64,000 bases of DNA from Azolla caroliniana (Eukaryota > Plantae > Polypodiophyta). Every line of letters begins with the position of its first letter. The first letter of the stretch is position 1. This document shows, piece by piece, positions 13,115-23,314 of the stretch. The notes beneath the pieces are model-generated. The model was given only the letters and a program-made list of their open reading frames with translations, did not search any database and was not told where the DNA came from. The position numbers were made by a program, and so were the translations under genes. The DNA is taken from positions 15,314,001-15,378,000 of the forward strand of contig JBHGNT010000010.1 in the NCBI GenBank assembly GCA_043228905.1, written 5' to 3'.

Positions 13115-13299
13115 GGTTGGGATGGGGGATTCATCAAGCCCCCATCCCGAAGTGCGTGCGTGTGTGCCTACTTGGGCCAACATGCACCTATTCTTTCTTT
13201 CTTTATCATCTTTATTTCCCAGATCTACAAGGGTATCCTTCTTCTCACCTGCATCTTATTTTTTGGGTTTCCTATTTGTGCATGCTGCTTTAAGTAGTT

Positions 13300-13686
13300 T
13301 CATCTATCCACTTCTCCAGACGCAGTATCTTAAGTACCAATGATGGTGGCCACATCTGCTGGCATGTGATTTTTGAACGTAAAGTCAGGTCCTTGTATAT
13401 AGGCGAAGCCATGGGCTCTTATTTTACAACAATAAAGACAGAATAGTTCCATTACTAACTAAGAACACACCAAATTCTCCTTTAAGTACTTCAACTACAA
13501 TATAGGTAGAAAAAGTTGGTACAGAAAACCCTTCTGTATAAGGTTTGAAATGGTGAATTGGAGATTCCATAGATTATTTCATTTAAGGTCATGATGAAGG
13601 ACATGGCTTACGATAATCGGCTTTAATTGTGTCGTTGAGCATTTAATTAGAACGTTATATGATGATTCAAATACTTTATCACGTCT
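13300..13686 (-). pseudogene. nad7: nad7 (complex I 49-kDa subunit) C-terminal part, unedited mitochondrial sequence in the NUMT
   Basis: Reads ...[19 protein letters not shown]...[13 protein letters not shown]...[41 protein letters not shown], against conserved [19 protein letters not shown]...IIGTQDIVFGEVDR. One 1-nt frameshift near 13440-13445. Confidence 0.92.
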
Positions 13687-13723
13687 GGAGATTTTTTGTT
13701 GAATTTCACAGAAGGTCGAGGAG

Positions 13724-15163
13724 ATGCAGCAGACAGGAAAACCACAGGTCGCGTATGGCGCGAGCAGCGCGACCTCAGAAACAGGTGATCCCGACGCGCG
13801 CAGGAGGTCGACTGCGGGCCAACCGCTTACTTCATTTGCAGCTGGACTGCATACACGAGCAGGGGAGTCCAATGCACCCCCCCAATTTTCGCCTCATTTC
13901 AGTGATGAGACAGTTGACTTGTTGTTATAGGAGGAGGATCGAGTTGTGGTTTTGGGCGAGGTACAAAGGTTGGAAGTTTACTCCTTGGTAGTGCAGGTAC
14001 AGGGTTTGAGATTAAATCGATCAGAACTTCGACATACTTTATACACGGCTTTCTCGGAGGAAGCGGATAAGATAATCAATATTCAATTCATGTCTCGGGG
14101 ATGTTACCATGTGGAATTTGCAAGCGAGGAGGCAGTCACGAAACTACTAGCAATTAAGGAGGCGGGCGTGGAAGGTGCATGGATATCTTTTCATAAATGG
14201 TTTCATAATGTTAATGTAGATGACATATTACAGGATCAGGAGTCCAATATGGTGTTTACGGCGGTATTCCCCGGATTAAGGAAGGAATGGAGGAATGTTC
14301 TTCCTTGTATTGGGACATTGTTAGGTAAGGTCATTGGTATGCGTGAGGGATAGGTGGGTGGGGTACCCGCTGTTCGGTTGATTGCACCAAGATCTGTTCG
14401 GTTGCCGTCAACTATTACAGTACCTAACTTACTTATGAATAAATCACAGGTTGTGCAAAAGATATATTATCAAGGTTTACCTAATCAATGTTTTGTCTGT
14501 CGACAATTTGGTCATTTAGGTCGAGATTGTAAAAAGCGCCGGCCGAAGGATGAAGCACGTGCACCAAGTCAACCGAATGTTAATAATGAGGGCTGGTCTA
14601 TAGTTGCTGCTAAACATGTTTTTAAACCGACTAGTAAGTTGGTTAAGCCAGTGTTATTACTTGAAGCTAATCCTTATCATTCCTTGCAGGAAACGGAAAA
14701 GGAGGTGGGGACTAGTAAAGTGGAGGGCGGTTTTTCCATCCCAGTTTTCACGAACGAGCAACATAATTTGAAAGACACATTTTCGAAGGTACAAGATGTG
14801 GAATCTGTTTTTAAGGTTAATAATCAATTTAGTAACGATAAACAAATATTTTTAGACCAAGTACAACAAATTGATACATCCGTTGCTTTCGAAGAGTTTA
14901 AAAAGGAAAATGAAGTGCTCAAAGTTGACCTCACACATGCTGAGATGAAGGGTGGCAATATAGTTGCTTTTACTACAGTTGATAAGTCATCTGATAGGGT
15001 TTCTAACATAGATAAACACATGCATGTGTGTGCACATAAGGTGACTGGGAAAGACATTTGGTCAAATAGGAGACAATTACCGGCCTCCGAAGATGGAATG
15101 AAGGGTAGAGACGTTGCACTGGCTGAAAGTAGAGTAGGAGTGCAAAACATGAATGATGGATAG
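13724..15163 (+). pseudogene. L1 ORF1 (DUF4283/RRM-like region plus CCHC zinc knuckle) with two premature TAG stops
   Basis: ORFs at 13724, 13946 and 14354 share one frame; motif YQGLPNQCFVCRQFGHLGRDC (CX2CX4HX4C). Confidence 0.8.
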
Positions 15164-15779
15164 ATTAAATATTATTTCATGGAATGTACGGGGCTTGGGA
15201 GGCAAACATTACCTTAAAATAAGGAGTGTTTTCCGTCGTCAGTTAAGAAAGTTTGTCATAGGTAGAATTGATGTTCTTCTTATTCAAGAGCATCATTTAA
15301 ATGATTGTCTCCTCGTTGTCTCTATGGGTTCTTTGGAAAGCTAGGTGCTCCAAGTTATACAATGATGAAGACATTCACGTTGTGGATCAGGTAAAGTCTT
15401 TTTGGAATTTATTAGTACATTCGGTTAAAGGTGAGTATGACAGGTATAAAGGCTATGGAAACACAGCCATTCGAAAAAGAAAGAGATTACAACGAGTTTG
15501 GTAAGCTATTCCTATAATGTTAGATGCAGGCACGGAGGTTAGGTGGAATTATGTGCCACCTCGTTGGTTGTTCCCGCCACCAGTACCATTATTATGGCGA
15601 ACAACATGAGATAACAGGAAGGAGACGGTGGCGGCATGAAGGAAGCTTATTTTGATGTAGGTAAGATATACATATGCTAGAAGAAGATATGAGGAAATGG
15701 GATGATGTTATGGATGCTGAATCAGACTAGTATAAGAAGATTTTAGTGGTATGAGGCAGATTTCGTGTGACAATCAGAG

Positions 15780-16890
15780 ACATCGACATGGTGGATGTGG
15801 ACAGGTTGAAATAGGTTTAAGTTGTTTTGTGATTAGGATGACTGATGTTGGTGGGGGTTGTCGAAGATTACTAGGAGAAGGTGAGGATTTCTGTTTGTTT
15901 TCTACTCGTTTGTTGGTTGTTAGTGTAACAGGATTGTCGAATCGGAGATAGCGAGATGGTAGATTGGGACATGATGAATCCGTTTTTCTGTTTTTTGTGG
16001 TTAGGATGAGTGATGTTGGAGTGGGGGCTGAAGTAGATTATTATGAGAAGGTGAGGAATGGTTTTCGCTCATTTTTTGTTGTGATTACAGGGCCGCGTTA
16101 ATCGGTGAGATGGAATCGGGGAAGCAAGATACCCCAGATATGGGCTGACTTAAGACAGATATTATGGTTCTCATAGGTTGCGGGATGATGGCAGTGGGAT
16201 TTGAAGCAACTTTGTCATGGTGTGAGGATGAGTGGTGTTGGTGCGAGGGCTGAAGCAGATCAGGAGGGGAGAGGAATCATTGTTCACTTATTTTGTTGTT
16301 AATTGCACAAGATATTGGCGGTACTCGGCGAGATGGTGGATGTGGATTGATTGAAGCAATTTGTTTGTTTTTAGGAGTGATGATGGTGGGGGGGACAGAA
16401 GCAAATCATGAGGGGATGAGGAACCATTATTCACTTGTTTTTGTTGTTATTTGTATAGGTCAGAGGTGGTATTCGGCGAGATGGTGGATGTGGTTTGATT
16501 GAAGCAATTTCTCTGTTTTTAGGAGTGACGATGGTGCGGGGGCAAATCATGAGGGGATGAGGAACAATTTCTCATTTTTGTTGATTCATTGCACAGGACA
16601 TTGGTGGTATTCGGCGAGATGGTGGATGTGGACTAAAGGAAGCAATGTGTCTATTTTAGGAGTGATGGTGGTGGGGGGGATCGAAGCAGCTCATGAGGGG
16701 ATGAGGAATTTTTTTACTTATTTTGTTGTTAATTCCACAGGACATTGGTGGCATTCGGCGAGATGGTGGAGGTGGATTGAATGAAGCAATTTGGTTGTTT
16801 TTAGGAGTGATGATGGTGAGGGGGGCGAAGCACATCATGAAGGGAGAGTGAATAAGTTGTGGGGATCGAAGCAAATGGGGTGAGAGGTGG
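15780..16890 (+). repeat. Degenerate tandem repeat (~140-165 bp unit, about 6-7 copies) in the LINE 3' UTR
   Basis: tcggcgagatggtgga recurs at 16325, 16473, 16611 and 16755, with more diverged copies at ~15785 and ~15950. Confidence 0.8.
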
Positions 16891-17305
16891 AGATTAGTAT
16901 AGTACATTTCATTTTCATGGTCTGTTTTTTTCTCCCCAACAGTTTTTACAAATGCTGGAATCAGTTCAGATCTGTTTGCAACTGTTTCTGTTGGGATGGT
17001 GAATCTTCTTACATCTCCACACCTGACACATATGATTGGAAAGACGGAGGACATGGAATATCATGTGAAATATAAGTTTTCTATGGAGTTATGTTCTAAG
17101 AGCCCGAAATTTTGTTTTCTGCAGTAGATCATTGGAATCAATGTTGTGTTTTATGGCTGTTTTTTTTCCCAACAGTTTTTACAAATGCTAGAATCAGTTC
17201 AGATATACTGGTGGAGATGAAACAATATTATGTACTATTTGTATACTACCTTCGGGCTTTTTATTAATACCAATGGAGCATATGTTTTATGGTTAAAAAA
17301 AAAAA

Positions 17306-17439
17306 ACTTTATCACGTCTCTTCAATGCGAATACAATAATGATCGTGGCGATCTCCCCTGGTACCCACTAGTACATCAGAATCCAATTAGTCATGAACAT
17401 CATGAGGTGCTACTTTTCACAAATCCCAGCATACTCCCG
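17306..17439 (-). pseudogene. nad7: nad7 exon start following intron nad7i676 (NUMT, upstream half of the LINE-split exon)
   Basis: Reads GVCWDL*KVAPHDVHD*LDSDVLVGTRGDRHDHYCIRIEET**S against conserved [44 protein letters not shown], and joins 13672 across the TSD. Confidence 0.9.
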
Positions 17440-17870
17440 ATTGGGATAGGTAGGCCCCTTCTAGGGCTTTCCCCTCCTCTGAGTCGTACGTGAAAGTTTC
17501 CCTTCATACGACTCGAATGCATTCCTAGAGGCCCTCCCCTATAACGTGTCTACAGGCACTTGGAGATGAAGGGCATTCCTAGTTCATGCGTGAGCGTCCA
17601 TAGCACCAGATTTTGGATTGATTGGCGGCAATCCAGCTGGCTCATTTTACGCCAACACAAACAGAAAAATCTTTTTGCTTGCCTCAAGCCACTTACCGTG
17701 TGGCTCGCGGCGAGCGGAGAGCGACCGTGACCAGTGGAGTCAAAACGCGCACTACATCCGTAGCAAACAAACAAACAAACAAAAGGGATGTAGTTCCGGC
17801 GCGCTCGTAGGTTGAGGGCTTTCATCGTGCGTCTGTGCGTGCTAGGTTGTTGGCCAAGACTAGTTACTAG
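17440..17870 (-). ncRNA. 3' part of a mitochondrial group II intron (position equivalent to nad7i676), NUMT copy
   Basis: 34-nt domain V hairpin at 17481-17514 (GAGTCGTATGAAGGGAAACTTTCACGTACGACTC), then domain VI ending CCTATCCCAAT directly before the exon (phase 1). Upstream limit is approximate. Confidence 0.82.
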
Positions 17871-18029
17871 TCCGCCAATTTCTTTCTAGATCTCCATACT
17901 TCCATACCGTCACAATCTTATGAAAAAAGGTGGCAGGTTGTTCATCTTTCTTAGAGCGTTGTTTTGCCCCTCTATGTTGCTGCTTAAAGCCTTTATGCTT
18001 CCCTCAATTAATTTATATATATATATATG

Positions 18030-19808
18030 CATATGTAGGGAGAGGGACATTCTGTAATGCTATTAAAAAAACCTGAATATGCATTTGAGGAAATGATCCC
18101 CACATGCTCTAACATCCCAAAATTCCACATGAGAATACCTTTAAGCTTCTTTATATAGGCTTTCACCCCATCTCTATTATCAAACATGAAAGCATTGCGC
18201 ATATTCCAATTGTGTTGTAGACCCCCAATAACATAAAAATTGGAACAATATCTCCATCTCATCATTTGATCCATTTTGAACACATTGAGAAAAAAACCCA
18301 CTGTTGAGGTCTCAAACAACATGTTAAAAGTTGCCAAATGTCCGATAAGTACTTCCAAATGGTACACGCTATAGGACATTTAATGAACCTATGTGTGTAC
18401 TATCCTCCAATGGAACGGTGCAAAAGAAACAAGTGTCGGACCCTAGTCCTTGTCACTTTAAGGCCGAAACTAATGGGAGCCCACCAATCATGACTCTCCA
18501 TATGAATACCTTTGCACGAAATGGTAGATGGGAATGCCAACTACGTTGTAATATTTTCCACCACCTTGCATCTTACTTACATACATTCCACAACTTCATT
18601 GCTTCAGGAGATAGCCAAGATAATGATGTCATCGCATGATCATACAATATATTTGTAGTGACCTGTAACAAGCGTGTACCATCTTGTAACCGTCAATCCA
18701 CCCAATGTGCAAAATTTGTTTTCAATGACAAAGATCCTTGCAACAATGGTATATCTTGTAATTTCTCCCAAATCAATCCATAATTTGGGGGAATACATAA
18801 CCATCGCTTGGCATCTTCAAAATGCGACAACCTTTGAGATTCATTATCAACCACATCTTCCAAATGTACAATCCCCAATCGAAATAAACGATTGAATTGA
18901 GATCTCAACTTCTCTTTCCCATGCCAAAACAACACGCAAGAAGAAACAAGCAATTCATTTTGTAATGAATTACAATATTCTCGATCACTTGATGATCCCC
19001 ATTCAAAAAGAGATAATGCATCTTGCCACAATCTTACCAAATGTTGTCCACATACAAAATGTCAAATCTTTAGAGGAATACTTCCATTGAGTAATGACCA
19101 CCAGGATGCTTGAATCTTTGTTTTCCCGTACACCAATCCTTCATGCTCAATAAAATATTGCATCATAGATATCAATGGTTGATCTTGTTGACATATATCT
19201 CGTAATAATGCAAATCTACAAGCCATCAAATGCCTTTCCAAATCCAATATTGTTGCACCACCTAACCTTTTAGGAGTAGCCAAATGGTCCCATGAAATTC
19301 ATGCAACTCCCATCATTTCTCCCTTCCGCCACAACATGAACCGAACAGGTCGTAAAATGTTTTGTAATGCCTTCTTAGTCCAAGGTAGTAAAGGCAAAAA
19401 ATATAATAACATGGGTATCAAGATACATTGCACCACTTTGAGTCGTACATGAAACGGCCATAATTGAGACTTCCAATACATAAATTTGTCCTTCAATTTA
19501 CCACCAATCCAATCAATCAATTGAACATTTGTAACATCAACCCCCAATGGATAACCCAAATGTTGATAAATTGATCCTCGTGTAATCCCTGGCCCAAATC
19601 AATCCATAATTTGGGGGAATACATAACCATTGCTTGGCATCTTCAAAATCCGACAACCTTTGAGATTCATTATCAACCACATCTTCTAAATGTACAATCC
19701 CCAATCGAAATAAACGATTGAATTGAGATCTCAACTTCTCTTTCCCATGCCAAAACAACATGCAAGAAGAAACAAGCAATTCATTTTGTAATGAATTACA
19801 ATATTCTC
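18030..19808 (-). mobile_element. 5'-truncated, decayed L1 ORF2 fragment (post-RT and zf-RVT region)
   Basis: Broken frames GYPLGVDVT...KLKDKFMYWKSQLWPFHVRLKVVQCILIP, LATPKRLGGATILDL, and WRYCSNFYVIGGL; flanked by (TA)n and (TC)n. Confidence 0.75.
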
Positions 19809-20079
19809 TCTCTCTCTCTCTCTAGTGAAAAATACACAATTATATGTATGGATCAATGAATATGTGTGAAAAATACTAATACTTACATTAGAATTGGGGG
19901 GGGGGGTATATGACAATGGAGAGTAGAGTGCATATGATCACCCACTAACTGCATTGGGAGTGGAACGTGTGTGTTGACTTGATAATACGTACAGTATGAT
20001 GAACACGCCTTTGAAATGAAAGAATTCCCACTTGCTCTTATCAACGAAATCACCACATTCATATGTGCTCTCCCTTCAA

Positions 20080-20757
20080 AATTTGTCAGACATGCTTTGA
20101 CTCCATGTTTGCCATCACATACAAAAGCATTTGCGCATATCCTAGTTCAGACGCAATTCTTAATACCTCAGAAATAGGAGTTCATCGATCTCCCTCTCTG
20201 ATTTTGGGCCGACTTGTGTGAATTGTGCCAACACCCATTGTCTGGGCGTTGCGCTTCAACAAACTCCGAACTTCTTTGAGATCGATCCTCAACAGTTATG
20301 CCCTCCACCTCTTTGACCCCAAAACGAAACAATCAATTAAGCTAAGAGTGAAATCTATCCTTTCCAAGCCAATAAAATAACCAAGCTGACTTAAGTACTC
20401 TTTTTGCAAAGAATTACAATAATTTCAACTAGATTATGGTTTCCATACATATAATGAGGGTGATCCATGGCATGAGACAACCAATTGTTGAACACACGAT
20501 GAGCGAGGAATCCTAATTGGAATATATATGTTCAATAATTGCCCCCTTGAAACCTTAATCTTTGTCTTCCTAAATGTTATACCCTCATTCTCAATGAAAT
20601 GTCAAACAACGGTTATCCATGGTTTGAGTCTAAATACATGTCTTGCGATAATAAAAATCTACGAGCCATCATAAGCATAGAGAAATCCAATATTCCAAAC
20701 CGCCCAAAGTATTTAGAGGTTGCTAGATGGTTCCACACAACCCATGTGATTTCCATG
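20080..20757 (-). mobile_element. Second decayed L1 ORF2 fragment
   Basis: Minus strand ITWVVWNHLATSKYFGRFGILDFSMLMMARR is homologous to the LATPKRLGGATILDLERHLMACRF segment of the neighbouring L1. Confidence 0.55.
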
Positions 20758-20769
20758 TGGTAGGTCCAC

Positions 20770-23314
20770 GTGGCCCATCACATGGTTACTTCATTACGAA
20801 TGTCTTTCGTAATGATGATCTCATGGTGGCATCGTAATCATGTAACGAGTGAGGAATGTTGGATGTGTGTGTCATTGGGGCGACCTCAGATGAAGTGGAT
20901 CAAGCCCTTACACTCACAACATCATTGTGGTTATGCGTGTTTCATTGTTATATATCACAAAATCAAGGTGACCAACGAGGATAACAATAACAAAAATTTG
21001 TTGAAAAAGGATGATGACTACGCCATTCTGACAAAATGTGAGGACGGCCACCAAGATCCTTACTCCGAAAGACAACCATCGATCAATTAACATAATGTAA
21101 CACATATATGTTCATGACATGTATACGATTACATATGTGTATATAAAAGAATTGTTAAGCAATTTAACATAACCAACGAATGATGTAATCGAGATACATA
21201 ATTGAGGCATATAGCTTCTATGCACACGTAACACCCAAAAATAAGGGTAAACATATTACGCAATCGAGGTATTGACCTCTTACGCATACGACACCGATCG
21301 CATATCAAACACATGATAATTGAGGTATTGACCTCATACGCATACGACACAAATCGTATATCAAATACATGGCAATTGAGGTATTGACCTCATGCACATA
21401 CATGTGTACGTTTCATACAACCAACCGATTACCACTACAACATATTTCAATAATTGAAAATAGTCATCATGACATAAACATGATTACAATGAGAGAAGAA
21501 AAAATAGAAAAAAAAATTAAGGGAAGTACCAATGTTTCTTTGTTGACATGTGTTTGGATCAATCTCGAACGAATATCGATCGATCACCATCCAAAACAGA
21601 AAAAAAAAATCAACAACGAAAACATTAGAAAAAATGCTTGGATACCAACTGTTAGAGCTTATTCCTAATGTAAGCATTAGATAAGGAAATATAATGTAAA
21701 TATATATAGAGAAGAGAGAGAAAGAAGGTCGTTGATCCACCTGATCACCCCCGAGCAAAGGGATCGAGACGGACTCAAGCCTCGATCGGCATCCCATACC
21801 ATCATTGTGGCATCGAGTCGTACCTGGTACTAGCGTGCTCACAACAAAAGTTTGATCACCATTTAAGCACAATCTTGACGTAGTCGAATGATGTCTCAAT
21901 GAGGGTAGCTAGCCCTCATATTTATAGCCAGACCTAAGGCCCCCAAGCAAGTTCACACTTGGCCCTTATGGGTTGTCCCAATTCCTAGGATTAAAATTAA
22001 TCCTCTTGTATTTACACTCTCGTGTAACCCTCACACTTTATCCACATGTATAGAATATTGTGGTACAATCTTACCACGGGATATTATATGGTCATGCGCG
22101 TAACAATGTACACCCACAATGTCACCATTAGTTACAAGCCTTGGTAATATGAAACCTTTTGCTCAATATGTGCTCTTTAATGTAACCTAGTTATGTGCTA
22201 GAGCATGTATATAACTATAATGTTATCAATGCACAAACATTCCCTTACATGAGAATCCCTTATATGGTCATGCGCGTAACAATGTACACCCACAATGTCA
22301 CCATTAGTTACAAGCCTTGGTAATATGAAACCTTTTGCTCAATATGTGCTCTTTAATGTAACCTAGTTATGTGCTAGAGCATGTATATAACTATAATGTT
22401 ATCAATGCACAAACATTCCCTTACATGAGAATCCCTTATATGGTCATGCGCGTAACAATGTACACCCACAATGTCACCATTAGTTACAAGCCTTGGTAAT
22501 ATGAAACCTTTTGCTCAATATGTGCTCTTTAATGTAACCTAGTTATGTGCTAGAGCATGTATATAACTATAATGTTATCAATGCACAAACATTCCCTTAC
22601 ATGAGAATCCCTTATATGGTCATGCGCGTAACAATGTACACCCACAATGTCACCATTAGTTACAAGCCTTGGTAATATGAAACCTTTTGCTCAATATGTG
22701 CTCTTTAATGTAACCTAGTTATGTGCTAGAGCATGTATATAACTATAATGTTATCAATGCACAAACATTCCCTTACATGAGAATCCCTTATATGGTCATG
22801 CACGTAACAATGTACACCCACAATGTCACCATTAGTTACAAGCCTTGGTAATATGAAACCTTTTGCTCAATATGTGCTCTTTAATGTAACCTAGTTATGT
22901 GCTAGAGCACGTATATAACTATGATGTTATCAATGCACAAACATTCCCTTACATGAGAATCCCTTATATGGTCATGCGCGTAACAATGTACACCCACAAT
23001 GTCACCATTAGTTACAAGCCTTGGTAATATGAAACCTTTTGCTCAATATGTGCTCTTTAATGTAACCTAGTTATGTGCTAGAGCATGTATATAACTATAA
23101 TGTTATCAATGCACAAACATTCCCTTACATGAGAATCCCTTATATGGTCATGCGCGTAACAATGTACACCCACAATGTCACCATTAGTTACAAGCCTTGG
23201 TAATATGAAACCTTTTGCTCAATATGTGCTCTTTAATGTAACCTAGTTATGTGCTAGAGCATGTATATAACTATGATGTTATCAATGCACAAACATCCCC
23301 TTACATGAGAATCA
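20770..23314 (-). mobile_element. Truncated LTR retroelement: 5' LTR (~21650-23314), PBS and non-coding internal leader
   Basis: On the minus strand the LTR ends ...TAACA at 21650 and is followed 2 nt later by TGGTATCCAAGC (21636-21647; 10/12 match to the tRNA-iMet PBS). TATA box TATAAATA at 21919-21926. No second LTR or gag/pol seen. Confidence 0.65.
22085..23313. repeat. Tandem array, 7 x 176 bp, near-identical
   Basis: Units begin tatatggtcatgcgcgtaacaatg at 22085, 22261, 22437, 22613, 22789, 22965 and 23141; only a few substitutions, in copies 5 and 7. Confidence 0.97.

Larger units (their letters stand above)
13687..17305 (+). mobile_element. Internally deleted L1-clade LINE (ORF1 retained, RT missing) with poly(A) and 14-bp TSD
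   Basis: TSD actttatcacgtct at 13673-13686 and 17306-17319; A-run from 17295. ORF1 frame 13724-15163 has two TAG stops. The ORF2 start (LNIISWNVRGLG...DVLLIQEHHL, APE endonuclease motifs) is joined near 15305 to an ORF2 C-terminal segment (LWVLWKARC...RWNYVPPRWLFPPP). Confidence 0.9.
12583..17870 (-). other. Nuclear insertion of mitochondrial DNA (NUMT): group II intron end - nad7 3' exon - trnS(GCU) - trnfM(CAU), interrupted by a LINE derivative
   Basis: Co-oriented mitochondrial-type tRNAs, nad7 coding sequence and group II domains V/VI lie between nuclear genes. Left edge abuts (TA)n; right edge is approximate. Confidence 0.9.

Noticed and set aside
22085-23313. CRISPR-like array
   Set aside because: Units are contiguous near-identical 176-mers with no unique spacers, there are no cas genes, and the context is eukaryotic.
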